A stretch of DNA of 64,000 nucleotides from Nitrospirota bacterium (GCA_021789495.1 JAJYJM010000002.1:26399-90398), one strand, 5' to 3'; shown: positions 1 through 12,219, counted from the first letter of the stretch. A program made the numbers and translations. The notes: generated from the sequence alone by a model not told the origin.

Positions 1-576
1 CTGTCTTGCCCCGTTAAAATACCAATGGCCGGAAAAATATTCCTTCCATTCCTCTTTTGTGAGCCTGGCCTGCTCCTTAAGGTTCTTGGGAACGCTGGGG
101 GCTTCGCCGAGTTTTTTGAAGAGCAGAATAAATTCATAATCAAGTTCGACTATTCCATTTCTCGGATATGGAAAGGACCCCATGATGCTGGCGCCGCCCG
201 TAGTGTTCATTGTTGTTTTCTTCTGCCAGATTACGGCACCCATATAATCGAATCCAACGGTTTCACAAAATTTTATGATTTCCGTTCTAATTGGAATTAT
301 CTTATAACGTCCATAATAAACAGAGCGGGCAAACTGGTCTCCGATATTTATTGCCATCCTGCAACCAGGATGCAGGACACGATAACACTCATTCCAGACG
401 AGATTCAGATTGTTTATGTAGGCTTCGTAAGTGTCGTCGAAACCAATCTGCCCTTTGAATCCGTAATCCTTTAACTGCCAATAGGGCGGAGATGTGACTA
501 CCAGGTGGACGGAGTCGTTCCCGACCTCCTTCATGCATCTTGAATCGCCTGTTATTATTTTGTGTTCAGTCATCAT
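1..576 (-). CDS. Site-specific DNA methyltransferase (N4-cytosine/N6-adenine, beta-type), partial; runs off the window start
   Basis: Manual translation of the minus strand from ATG 576 gives MMTEHKIITGDSRCMKEVGNDSVHLVVTSPPYWQLKDYG...ECYRVLHPG, with an N-terminal catalytic (T)SPPY motif. The segment is AT-rich. It is missing from the ORF track because it has no stop in the window. Confidence 0.88.
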   Translation of the reverse strand, partial: MMTEHKIITGDSRCMKEVGNDSVHLVVTSPPYWQLKDYGFKGQIGFDDTYEAYINNLNLVWNECYRVLHPGCRMAINIGDQFARSVYYGRYKIIPIRTEIIKFCETVGFDYMGAVIWQKKTTMNTTGGASIMGSFPYPRNGIVELDYEFILLFKKLGEAPSVPKNLKEQARLTKEEWKEYFSGHWYFNGARQ

Positions 577-659
577 TAAAACCTATTTCCGCATAAATAA
601 AACGCGCAGTCAATAAATTTCTAACGGCGGGTGATGGCGCGTCCGGGTTGTTACCTGGA

Positions 660-815
660 GCCGGTCGACTGGCTGAAAACGAAAATCAATGAAAAAATAG
701 GTATGTGTCCCTATTTTTTATTTCGGGTCGGGCGCGGCGTTCTTTCCGGTCGTTTTGCGGGGCGAAGCGGGCGGTTTCCGGGCGCATACGGGGGGCCGGG
801 GAAGCTGTTTTTTCA
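660..815 (+). repeat. Dispersed ~150-bp intergenic element, copy A
   Basis: Colinear with the reverse complement of 47151-47308. Shared blocks include tgtgtccctatttttt and gcgaaRcgggcgg. Confidence 0.75.
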
Positions 816-1322
816 TCAGAACAGGTTCATAAGTTCCTCGACCGCCTTGGCCTTCCTCTGGACTTCCTCCGCCATATTCTTCTTATAATCCGATAACTTG
901 CGCGCGATTTCCTCGTCGAACGCGCCGATAATCTCTGCCGCGAACAGGCCGGCGTTTTTCGCCCCCGCCTTGCCGATTGCCATAGCCGCGACAGGCACTC
1001 CGCCCGGCATCTGCACTGTAGAAAGCAACGAATCCAAGCCGTTAAGCGTCGATTCGATAGGAACACCTATTACCGGTAAGGTCGTGTGAGCCGCGATGAC
1101 GCCCGCCAAATGGGCCGCGCCGCCCGCCCCTGCGATTATGACTTTCAGGCCCTTTTCTCTTGCTTCCTCCGCGAATTTATTGGCTTTTTCGGGCGTCCTG
1201 TGCGCCGAGGCCACCGTCGTAACTGACGGTATTTTCAGCTCGTCCAGCACCTTCTTCGCCTCCTGCATGACTGATAAATCCGAGTCCGAACCCATCACAA
1301 TCCCGACCATCGGCTGCGCCAT
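816..1322 (-). CDS. purE: N5-carboxyaminoimidazole ribonucleotide mutase
   Basis: Motifs VGIVMGSDSD, SAHRTP, AGAGGAAHL and VQMPGGVPV. Confidence 0.97.
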   Translation of the reverse strand: MAQPMVGIVMGSDSDLSVMQEAKKVLDELKIPSVTTVASAHRTPEKANKFAEEAREKGLKVIIAGAGGAAHLAGVIAAHTTLPVIGVPIESTLNGLDSLLSTVQMPGGVPVAAMAIGKAGAKNAGLFAAEIIGAFDEEIARKLSDYKKNMAEEVQRKAKAVEELMNLF

Positions 1323-1394
1323 ATTCCCTCCTGTTTTCAGTGAATTAGGGCACTATATCAAATGCGGCGGATTTAATAAAGTCTTTTCTGAGGG

Positions 1395-1470
1395 GCGCGG
1401 AAAACGGCTAAATTTCCCCCCTTTAAAATGCCCGGAAACCGCCCCCCCCGCGCCCAAAACCGCATGAATC
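1395..1470 (-). repeat. Partial degenerate copy of the ~150-bp element (its 3' half), inverted relative to copy A
   Basis: The reverse complement contains gttttg..gggcggtttccgggc..ggggg..agcNgtttt, as at 752-812. Confidence 0.45.
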
Positions 1471-1647
1471 CGATACCGGATAAAATCTGTTGATTTTTCC
1501 GTTTATATATGAGTTAATTTGAATAATTGACGGCTTGGCGGATTAAACAGGAAGAGTTATTAAGAGCATAAGTTGAAACTTTGAGATTCCAAAATGAAAT
1601 CTTAAACACATTTGGCGCCGCCAATATTAATATCATTGGGAGTAACA

Positions 1648-2085
1648 ATGAGCGACAAAAAGGCTTTGATTGCAGCTTGCGGGCTGGACTGCTTTAATTG
1701 CGCTTTACATGAAAGCAACCTTTCCGAAAAGCTTGCCGAAGAAATCCATTCCAAATTCGGAGTCCCTAAAGAGGAAGCTGCCTGCAAGGGGTGCCGGCAG
1801 CAGGATGGGAAACATTTCCATCTGCCGAACGGGTGCGCCACGCTCGATTGCGTTAAAGAAAGAGGAGTGGAATTTTGCTGCGATTGCAGCGACTTCCCGT
1901 GCCCGTATCTTGCGCCGGTTGCGGACGGAGCCGCCCAATATCCACATAACATGAAGATGTACAACCTCTGCCGGATAAAAAGAATCGGTACCGAGCGGTG
2001 GATGGGAGAGGCTGGCCGGATAAGAGAAGAATATTTTACCGGCAAGAGACGGCGGCATCCCTGGAACAAATATTTCAAGCCGTGA
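1648..2085 (+). CDS. Cys-rich DUF3795-family protein (putative metal/Fe-S binding)
   Basis: Motifs IAACGLDCFNC, CKGCR and FCCDCSDFPC. GGGAG RBS before ATG 1648. Confidence 0.8.
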   Translation: MSDKKALIAACGLDCFNCALHESNLSEKLAEEIHSKFGVPKEEAACKGCRQQDGKHFHLPNGCATLDCVKERGVEFCCDCSDFPCPYLAPVADGAAQYPHNMKMYNLCRIKRIGTERWMGEAGRIREEYFTGKRRRHPWNKYFKP

Positions 2086-5000
2086 ATACCTCCAACCTTC
2101 ATATACTGCCCTTCGGGCCGCAGGCGTGGGAGCGGCGCAGGGAGATATTCGCCGGTATGATCGCAGACCGGGCGACTTGCGGCAAGATGCCTGTTGGTCG
2201 CCCGGATGTCGGCCCCGAAGCCGGTCTGCCGGACTTCCGCGATATTCTCATCCTCGTGCCGAACGAGCGCAAGGCGAAGCCGTTGCTCGCGCTCTTCCTC
2301 GACGCTCTTGAAAAGGCCAGAGTTGGCAGACAAAGCGCCGAAGCAGGGCAGTCCGATGCGGCTCAAGCCGCTGGTCTACCGGCTCGACCGGTCGCCTGCA
2401 TACCGCCCGCGGTAATGGCGCTTAACCGCTTTGTGGAGTCCCGCATCCGGGGCGTGAAGATAATCCATCCAGCCGCAAGAAAGCTCCTGCTGGAGGATAT
2501 TTGCCGTGGGCTGAAAGGGAGCCGCTCAAACGGTCTCGACTTGCCGTGGCTTGAGGACGAGGAACTTGCAAGGTCGCTCTCCGGGCCAATCTCCGAGGCG
2601 CTGGAGAGGATATACCTCAATAACGCCGGGGTGTTGCCTGATGACGGCAATACCCTGCTCCCGGCACCTGCTTATGTAAAAAAAGAATACGAGAAGCGCC
2701 TGCGTAAACTGGGGCTTTCCGACCGGGCGGCTGTCCTGGCAGGTTGGGAGCCGAAGGCGGAGGATTTCGCAGAATACCACGTGGTAATTCTGGACGGATT
2801 TTATGACGCCCTGCCGCACGAACTCAGGCTGATGAAGGCGGCGACCGGTAGACCGGCTTCGACCGTGCTGGGCAGATGCGGCTCCAGCCGCTTTTATTTT
2901 ATACTCGAAGCGCAGGGGCTTATGCTTCCCGAGCTTTCCGCCGAAGGAATGCCGTATGCCGGGACACAGAGGCTTATAAACGAGCTTTTTCCGGGCGAAA
3001 CGGCCTCGTTCTGCGACCAGCGTTCGGAGCAGGACGCCCGGATATTTGCCGGGGCCATATTCCTTGGCAGGCCGATAAGCGAGACGGTGAGACTTCTGAG
3101 GGAGGGAACGGCGGGATGCCGTCTGAAAATAATCTCCACGCTAACGCCGGAGGACGAGGTCGTTTTTATCGCACGCACGATAAAGGAGCGCGCGCTTGAG
3201 GGGCGAATCCGGCTGGACAGGACGCTTATCCTCTTCCCGGAGCCGGAAGCATACGCGCACGCCCTGAAGGAGATCTTCACGGACTACGGCATCCCGTACA
3301 ATTTCGGGGAAGAAAAGCCGCTTATCTCAAGCCCCCCGGCGCAGGCGTTCCTGTCGCTTCTTTCCATACCCGCGGAGGGCTATCCGTTCCGCTTGGTGAG
3401 GCGGGCATTCTATCCGCCTGTAGGGAGCGCGTCTGGCGCGGCGGCGGACTTCGAGTTGTGCGTCCGCGACAGGAGCCGGGCAACCGGTGCGCCGTCCGCC
3501 GGGCGAAGCTTTTGGGAGGCGCTTGCCAGGGAGAAGCGATCCTTTTCGGGAGAGCTTTCGAGGATTCTGGACTGGCTTGGGCCGCTCGACAAAAGGGACG
3601 ATTATCCGGCTGGATGGGCGGAGCTTGCGCTTGGGCTTCTGGACAATACCGGCATGAAAGACTCCCTTGAGCCTCTTGAGAAAACCCTTCCGGAGCTTCG
3701 GGAGGCCCTGAAAAACCTTAACCTGAAGATAGCTCCGGGGCGGTTTATCTCCATGCTGAAAGACGCGATGAACAGGGGCGGGGCCAGGCATACAAGCGAG
3801 TTCCGGGGCGTCCGGGCGCTCGGCAGGCTGGAGGCATTCTCCGAGGGGTTCGAGACAGTCTTTATCGCGGGCATGAATTCAGACATCATGCCGCCCGGCA
3901 CGCGCCAGGATTTATTTTTCGGGACGGCTCCCTGGACGCTGGAAGGCAGGACGCGGGATTCCCGCCTCTTCATGGGACTTCTGCTTGGAGCGAAAGAGGC
4001 GTATCTCTCATACCCGAAAGAAAAAGGCGGGAGGGCCGCGTCGCCTTCGCCCTGGATAATGGCGTTAAGGCCGTTTGTAATCGCGGGGCAGGCGGAAGAA
4101 ATCAACGACTATTCCAGGCCGTCCGAGCCTGAGGCCGCTATGGGCGAGGGCGAGCTTCAGCGGGCCATGGCGATAGGCGGCTGTCAACCTGAGAACGAAG
4201 AGACGCCGCCGGAGGTCTGCTATCCGCCGCAGAAGAGGCGCAGGTTTTCGGCAACCGAGCTGGAGGCTTATATCCGGTGCGGATACAGGTATTGGCACCG
4301 TTATATATTGCGCGACATGCCGCCGGAGGAGCCGGGAGAGGACGAATCTTCGGACATGGCCGGCAGGGTCGTTCACGACATACTGGCGAAATTTTATGCC
4401 GGGCGCAAAGGCCGCTCCGTGAGGCCGGACGAGATGGAGACAGCGCACGCGGAGCTTTCAAGGCTTGCCGGGCGCGAATTTGCCAGGCTGCCGGAAAGTC
4501 TCGCCAACCGGGAGGCGAAACGGAAATTCCTTGAGAAATATGTCCCGCGCGTCCTGGCGGCGGACTCGGAACTCCCCGTCGGAGTCGTTATAGCGGATGT
4601 CGAGAAGAAGGTCGATGCGGAGATCCCCGTAAACGACACGGAGACGGCGGTAATAACCGGGAGGATAGACCGGCTTGAATTAAACGAAAACGGCTCATAC
4701 GCGCTGGTGGACTACAAGACCGGACACTACCCGAACGGAAAGGATATTCCGCTTTCAAAGGAATTCCAGCTCCCGCTCTATGCATATCTCCTCAGGAACT
4801 GCCTGCCGGACAGAAGGCCGTCGTCGTTTGTTTACTACAACCTCGGCAGGGCGGGCGAGACCAGAGACGTCGTATGCTGCGACAGCACAAGATATACCGG
4901 GAAGGCGACAAAAAACAAGAAGAGGAAACGCGAAGACGGTGCGCAGATGGACGAATATGTCAACGGCATAGCCGCGAAAGCAGCCTCCGCCGCGCTGGGG

Positions 5001-5114
5001 ATAATCGAAGGCCGGTTCCCCAAGGCGGACAGCGAAGAGGAGTGCAGGTACTGCGAACTGGCCGACGCCTGCCCCGGCGCGGACGAGAAGGAGCCGGAAG
5101 GGAGCGAGCAATGA
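2082..5114 (+). CDS. addB: AddB/RexB-like ATP-dependent nuclease subunit (PD-(D/E)XK with Fe-S staple)
   Basis: FSATELEAYIRCGYRY, GRIDRLE, LVDYKTG, QLPLY and C-terminal CRYCELADAC. The GTG start overlaps the upstream TGA (GTGA). Confidence 0.8.
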   Translation: MNTSNLHILPFGPQAWERRREIFAGMIADRATCGKMPVGRPDVGPEAGLPDFRDILILVPNERKAKPLLALFLDALEKARVGRQSAEAGQSDAAQAAGLPARPVACIPPAVMALNRFVESRIRGVKIIHPAARKLLLEDICRGLKGSRSNGLDLPWLEDEELARSLSGPISEALERIYLNNAGVLPDDGNTLLPAPAYVKKEYEKRLRKLGLSDRAAVLAGWEPKAEDFAEYHVVILDGFYDALPHELRLMKAATGRPASTVLGRCGSSRFYFILEAQGLMLPELSAEGMPYAGTQRLINELFPGETASFCDQRSEQDARIFAGAIFLGRPISETVRLLREGTAGCRLKIISTLTPEDEVVFIARTIKERALEGRIRLDRTLILFPEPEAYAHALKEIFTDYGIPYNFGEEKPLISSPPAQAFLSLLSIPAEGYPFRLVRRAFYPPVGSASGAAADFELCVRDRSRATGAPSAGRSFWEALAREKRSFSGELSRILDWLGPLDKRDDYPAGWAELALGLLDNTGMKDSLEPLEKTLPELREALKNLNLKIAPGRFISMLKDAMNRGGARHTSEFRGVRALGRLEAFSEGFETVFIAGMNSDIMPPGTRQDLFFGTAPWTLEGRTRDSRLFMGLLLGAKEAYLSYPKEKGGRAASPSPWIMALRPFVIAGQAEEINDYSRPSEPEAAMGEGELQRAMAIGGCQPENEETPPEVCYPPQKRRRFSATELEAYIRCGYRYWHRYILRDMPPEEPGEDESSDMAGRVVHDILAKFYAGRKGRSVRPDEMETAHAELSRLAGREFARLPESLANREAKRKFLEKYVPRVLAADSELPVGVVIADVEKKVDAEIPVNDTETAVITGRIDRLELNENGSYALVDYKTGHYPNGKDIPLSKEFQLPLYAYLLRNCLPDRRPSSFVYYNLGRAGETRDVVCCDSTRYTGKATKNKKRKREDGAQMDEYVNGIAAKAASAALGIIEGRFPKADSEEECRYCELADACPGADEKEPEGSEQ

Positions 5115-8100
5115 GGGTCGAGGGACAGGCGAGGGCGGGAAGACCGAACATATCGGCGCTCCTTACGGCCCCGGCAGGCTCCGGAAAGACGCGCTCTCTC
5201 GTTGGCCGCATAGTGACGCTTTTGTCTTTTGGCGCCCGGCCTTCCGACATTGCCGCCATAACGTTTACGGAAAAGGCCGCAGCCGAGATGAAGGAGCGGC
5301 TTTTCAGAACCTTGAGCGACCCCGCGCTCTGCAAATCCACGGCGAAAGAGGTATTCGAGCTTTCCCCCGAAGACCTGGCCGGACAACCGGCGGCCGGCCC
5401 GGCCCTTACGCTGGAAGAGATTTTCGGGAGTCTTGTCCGGGAGCCGGGCTCGCTCAAGATAGGCACCATCCATTCCTTCCTGCTCGACCTGCTGCGCTCC
5501 TATCCTCTTGAGGCCGGTCTGCCTGCGGACTTTGAAATCCTGCCGGAGACGGGCCTCCTGCTTCGGCGCGACGAGGCGGTGGAGGAGGTCTTGAGGCTCC
5601 TTGAGGGAGGCGCGCGTTCAGACGAGTGCGATATGCTCTACAGGGCCGGGTATGACATAAGAAAGCTCCGTGCCCTTATAGCGCTTTCCCTTGAGAAACG
5701 CGGCCTTATCGCCCATGCACGCAAAGGCTTTGGAGGACTGGGGCAAAATGCGGAAAAGGTCGCCTCTATGCTGCGGGAGGCGATAAATTCCGGGAGCGCG
5801 CAGGCCCTGGCCCGGCAGGCCCTTCGGCTTATTCCGGAGATGCTCGACGGTGAAATCAAGGAATCCCTGAGCGCCCTGTCGAAGCTCCGGGAGCCGGACG
5901 ACCTGCCGGAGATATTCGAGGCCGTAAAGGGATTTTTTTACACGGACAAAGGCTCGCCGCTTGTCAATATTCCGCCCGCGAAGAAGGGGTTCAAGGAAGT
6001 TTACGGCAAAACGGAATGGACGGCAAGGCGGGCAAAGTGGGTGGAAACCTATACCGCGCTTCGGGAATCATTCTCAGAGCCGGCGCGTCTCTATGACTCC
6101 ACCGTCTCGGCTGGGGCGGTGTCCGCATTTCTCTCGCTTGCGCGGCTCTCCGGCGAGGTCTACAGGAAGATGTGCCTGCGGGACGGCTTTATAGACTTCG
6201 AGGACATAGAGATATACGCGCTGAAGCTCCTTGACTCCCGCCCGGACATCCGGCTGCCCCGGCATCTGCTCGTTGACGAGTTCCAGGACACCTCCCGGAT
6301 GCAGTGGGGACTGCTGACAAAAATTGCCGGAGAACAATTTTCCGGCGAAGGGGCCGAGGGCTTGAATTCCCCGACTTTTTTCGCCGTCGGGGACGTAAAC
6401 CAGTCGATATACCGCTTTAGAAAGGCGGAGACGCGGCTGACGAAAGACCTGCGCGCCCTGATGGAAGAACGGATTGCCCCGCAGAAACGGGATTTCCCGG
6501 AGCTTGATATTAATTTCAGGAGCGCGCCTGAGATAATAGAATTTACGGACCAGACATTTATGCCGCTTCTGGGCGGGGACTACAGGGGAGGCCGGGCGGC
6601 AAGGGACTTTGGGGGCAGCGTGAGGCTGAGACTTGCCGAAGATGAGCCGCGCGCCCTTGCGGAGGAGGTTATAAAGGCCCTTCGGCTCGACGTCGAGGTT
6701 GACGGGAAAGTCCGGAAGGCGCGCCTCGGCGACATGGCCGTCCTGGTACAGTCCCGGAGCAGGCTGAAGGATTACGAGCGCGCGCTGAGGCGGTGCGGCA
6801 TACCGTTCCGGGTCCTGGGCGGCACTGGCTTCTTTCGGCAGGACGAGGTTCGGGCGGTCCTTGCCGTCCTGAAGTATCTTGAAAACCCTTCCGACACCTT
6901 CTCGCTCCGCAGGGCCCTTGCGTCCCCCTTTTTCGGTATTCCGGAGGGGAGCATACCGCCGTTTGCGGGTAAAGACCCCATTGCCTGGCTTGCAGAGTCG
7001 GGCCAGGCCGATGCTGCGGGGCTTTTCGTGAATTGGCGCGAGGCGGCAGGGAACGTGCCGTTTCCTGAGCTGGTGGACTGCATAACAAACTTCGCTCGAA
7101 GCCGGTCTGCCGGCCAGGCGGTTTTCAACATCGAGAGACTCTCAAGGCTCGCGCGCGATTTCGGCCAGTATACAGGTTCGGCAGGCGGCGGCCTGCACGA
7201 CTTCATGGAGTGGGTGCGGGATTATCGAAAGGGCGGGGATTTGCCTTCCGAGGACATGCGCAAGGGCGGGGACGAAGGCGCCAACTACCTGACAATACTC
7301 ACAATTCATTCGGCGAAGGGACTTGAGTTCCCGGTGGTCTTTCTGCCGGGGATGGGCGCGTATACCAGGAGCGATAACGGAAGTGTCTTGTTCGGCCAGC
7401 CTGGAGACGACATACCGCTCGCCATGCGGACGGAATCGCTCTTTGAGGAGAACGGGGATTACCAGGCGCTAAAAGAACTGGAGGCCGTCGAGAGGGCCAA
7501 AGAGAAGGCACGACTCTTTTACGTCGCGGTCACGAGGGCGCGGGACCACCTTATAATGCTCTCCGGCAGCCGGGCGACCAGCTTCGGACAAGGCCGGTCT
7601 TTTCGTCCTGAAAGTTTCGCCGGAATGCTCCTTTACGCTTCGCCCGAATGCCTGTTCGGGCAGGGATTTTCTGCGGACGTTACTGAATACGACTATCCGG
7701 AAGCGCGTTTTTCCGGCACTTCCCCCGACTACCTCGACTCTTTCACCCCGGCTGTAGAAGGCGGGGAGACCCGGCATAAAATGCCGCCGCCGGAGCGTGT
7801 TGCCCCCCTGCCGGATTGTCCGGGCGTCGGCAGCCTGGCGACCGGACGATTCATATCGCCCAGCTCCCTTGCCGACAGCGCACTTTTAAAAGATGCCGGG
7901 CGCTCCGAAGGCTCGGCGGCTGTCGGAAGTCTTGTGCACGAGGCCCTGGAATCCTACGGGAAAACAGGCGGTTATAATATCAGGACATTGCCGTCGTTTG
8001 GCCGGTCGTCCGGAGATGAGGCCGCCGAGGCGGATAAAATACTGGCTAATTTGCTGTCCCTGCCGCATGTAAAAGAGATATTCTCCGCCCCCGGCTACTA

Positions 8101-8353
8101 CGAGCTTCCACTGCTTCTCCGGGACGGGGACGACATAATATACGGTTTTGCCGATCTTGTCATCGTCGAAAACGGCATGGCGAGGGTAATCGACTTCAAG
8201 ACCGGCATGGCGGACGTCCCGGAAGATATATGCGTGCGGGCATACAGGCCGCAGCTTGAGGCCTATGCAAAGGCCGTCCGGGCGGTCTTCGGCGTGGGGG
8301 AGCCGGAGAAATACCTCCTGATTGCCGAAACGGGTAAATTACTGCCTGTATAG
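5111..8353 (+). CDS. addA: AddA/RexA-like UvrD helicase-nuclease
   Basis: APAGSGKT, ITFTEKAAAEMKER, TIHSF, VDEFQDT, VGDVNQSIYRFR, TIHSAKGLEFP, YVAVTRARD and nuclease IDFKTG. ATGA overlap with addB. Confidence 0.88.
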   Translation: MRVEGQARAGRPNISALLTAPAGSGKTRSLVGRIVTLLSFGARPSDIAAITFTEKAAAEMKERLFRTLSDPALCKSTAKEVFELSPEDLAGQPAAGPALTLEEIFGSLVREPGSLKIGTIHSFLLDLLRSYPLEAGLPADFEILPETGLLLRRDEAVEEVLRLLEGGARSDECDMLYRAGYDIRKLRALIALSLEKRGLIAHARKGFGGLGQNAEKVASMLREAINSGSAQALARQALRLIPEMLDGEIKESLSALSKLREPDDLPEIFEAVKGFFYTDKGSPLVNIPPAKKGFKEVYGKTEWTARRAKWVETYTALRESFSEPARLYDSTVSAGAVSAFLSLARLSGEVYRKMCLRDGFIDFEDIEIYALKLLDSRPDIRLPRHLLVDEFQDTSRMQWGLLTKIAGEQFSGEGAEGLNSPTFFAVGDVNQSIYRFRKAETRLTKDLRALMEERIAPQKRDFPELDINFRSAPEIIEFTDQTFMPLLGGDYRGGRAARDFGGSVRLRLAEDEPRALAEEVIKALRLDVEVDGKVRKARLGDMAVLVQSRSRLKDYERALRRCGIPFRVLGGTGFFRQDEVRAVLAVLKYLENPSDTFSLRRALASPFFGIPEGSIPPFAGKDPIAWLAESGQADAAGLFVNWREAAGNVPFPELVDCITNFARSRSAGQAVFNIERLSRLARDFGQYTGSAGGGLHDFMEWVRDYRKGGDLPSEDMRKGGDEGANYLTILTIHSAKGLEFPVVFLPGMGAYTRSDNGSVLFGQPGDDIPLAMRTESLFEENGDYQALKELEAVERAKEKARLFYVAVTRARDHLIMLSGSRATSFGQGRSFRPESFAGMLLYASPECLFGQGFSADVTEYDYPEARFSGTSPDYLDSFTPAVEGGETRHKMPPPERVAPLPDCPGVGSLATGRFISPSSLADSALLKDAGRSEGSAAVGSLVHEALESYGKTGGYNIRTLPSFGRSSGDEAAEADKILANLLSLPHVKEIFSAPGYYELPLLLRDGDDIIYGFADLVIVENGMARVIDFKTGMADVPEDICVRAYRPQLEAYAKAVRAVFGVGEPEKYLLIAETGKLLPV

Positions 8354-8478
8354 CTTTTTCCCCTTTACCAAATCGCGTTTTTCTGGCATATAGATATAAA
8401 GTTTTGACTTTCTTGTCCCGTTTTTGTATATTTCGGGTTTGTCCGTTTTCTTTTGTCTGCAAACAAATTGAAGTATAA

Positions 8479-9528
<1,050 letters not shown>

Positions 9529-9548
9529 AAAATTCCCGGAGGCGTCCC

Positions 9549-10754
<1,206 letters not shown>

Positions 10755-10766
10755 AAGAGGAGGGTA

Positions 10767-11363
10767 ATGGCCAACTCCTTAAAAGACGTTACCGGGCGCA
10801 ACTCGAAGACACGGCCGGACCCGGTTGCCGTCATAGAAAAATACTACGCCCCCGGCACTAAATCTTACGAATATATAATCCGCCACGGGCGTATGGTGGC
10901 GGATAAAGCGCTCTCCATAGCCAGGGCGGTTCATTGGCTTCCCCCGGAGACGATATTCATCGAAGAAGCGGCGCTCCTTCACGACATAGGCATTTTCATG
11001 TGCGATTCTCCGCACTTGGGCTGCGCCGGAAGCTACCCGTACGTCGCCCACGGATACCTGGGAAGGCAGATACTGGAAGACGAGGGTTATCCACTGCATG
11101 CGCTGGTCTGCGAGAGGCACGTCGGCTGCGGGTTGAAACTATCCGAGATACGGGAGGCCAAGCTGCCGGTGCCGGAGAGAGATATGATGCCCATTACGAC
11201 GGAGGAAGAAATAATCTGCTTCGCGGACAAGTTCTTCCCCGTGACGCCGGAGAGGATGCTCACGGAGCAGAGCCTTGATGACGCGCGGGAGATGGTCGCG
11301 GCATATGGCGAGAGGCCGCTCAAGACATTCGACAGATGGGCGGCGAAGTTCGGGATGTCATAG
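10767..11363 (+). CDS. HD-domain (HDIG) phosphohydrolase
   Basis: H...LLHDIG...HG...CERHVG...ICFADKF. Confidence 0.85.
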   Translation: MANSLKDVTGRNSKTRPDPVAVIEKYYAPGTKSYEYIIRHGRMVADKALSIARAVHWLPPETIFIEEAALLHDIGIFMCDSPHLGCAGSYPYVAHGYLGRQILEDEGYPLHALVCERHVGCGLKLSEIREAKLPVPERDMMPITTEEEIICFADKFFPVTPERMLTEQSLDDAREMVAAYGERPLKTFDRWAAKFGMS

Positions 11364-11375
11364 GAGGAATGGGTT

Positions 11376-12206
11376 ATGAGAAAGATTTTTATCATTTCTT
11401 TCTCTCTAATTTTTTTTAGCGGTTCGTCGAATGCAGCATTCAACGATCCTATTTGGGTTAAATCCGAGATAGGAAGTTTTAAAAATTACGAAGTACAGGT
11501 TTTTAATAATTACGACACTGGCGAAGGCTATTTTGAGATATTTAAAAATGGCAAGAGCATTTATAGGGAAGATGGGTTTGCGTTCAAAATAGGGCTGATT
11601 CATGATAACAAAACAATAGCTATGGGGATGGACATTACCGGCGATGGCATACCTGACCTGGTAGTGAGTGAATGGACGGGAGGCGCCCATTGCTGTTTTA
11701 AATTTCATATATTTGAAATAGGCCGAACTTTTAAAAAAATTGCAGTGCTTGATGGCGGTGATGAGCTCGGGTCACATTTTGAAGATATTAATAATGATAA
11801 AAAGTTAGAATTTATAACCAGAGACTGGACATTTCAATACTGGAAAACAGATTTTGCTGCTTCTCCCGCCCCTCGAGTTATTCTTCGTTATTCTAAAGGA
11901 AAATACTCAATAGCGGAAGATTTAATGTTTAAGCCGGGGCCGGAACGGGCAGAATTTAGAAAAAAAGCCAAGGAGATTAAATCAGAAAAATCCTGGAGAA
12001 AGGGAAATCCTCCTCCTGTACTTTGGGGTTATATGCTGGATTTAATTTATACCGGACATGAAGATTTAGCCTTAAAATTTATAAAATTGGCATGGCCTGT
12101 AGATGTAACGGGGCAGGATGAATTTTTAAAAGAATTTCGAGAGCAATTAGCTACAAGTCCTTATTGGCCCCAAATTCAGGAGATGAATAAAAGATATTCT
12201 AAATAG
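11376..12206 (+). CDS. Hypothetical exported protein, AT-rich
   Basis: Signal-peptide-like N-terminus, WTGGAHCC, and DxxxDG-type motifs (DITGDGIPD, DINNDKKLE). GGAGGA RBS. Confidence 0.7.
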   Translation: MRKIFIISFSLIFFSGSSNAAFNDPIWVKSEIGSFKNYEVQVFNNYDTGEGYFEIFKNGKSIYREDGFAFKIGLIHDNKTIAMGMDITGDGIPDLVVSEWTGGAHCCFKFHIFEIGRTFKKIAVLDGGDELGSHFEDINNDKKLEFITRDWTFQYWKTDFAASPAPRVILRYSKGKYSIAEDLMFKPGPERAEFRKKAKEIKSEKSWRKGNPPPVLWGYMLDLIYTGHEDLALKFIKLAWPVDVTGQDEFLKEFREQLATSPYWPQIQEMNKRYSK

Positions 12207-12219
12207 CTATTACATAGTC

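Noticed and set aside
25-474. 149-aa plus-strand ORF
   Set aside because: It is the antisense shadow of the minus-strand methyltransferase.
631-888. Small ORFs 631-888 and 47068-47400 with similar translations (…CPYF…)
   Set aside because: The similarity is explained by the shared non-coding DNA repeat. Starts and ends differ, and one ORF overlaps purE.
5510-5523. GAGGCCGGTCTGCC in addA (and tagaccggctt near 4666 in addB) as copies of the dispersed motif
   Set aside because: They encode conserved protein motifs (PLEAGL, GRIDRL), so they are not independent evidence.
2082-8353. Helicase-nuclease pair as a novel defence system or Cas4-like module
   Set aside because: Motifs and gene order match ordinary AddAB repair enzymes, and no CRISPR array or cas genes were seen.
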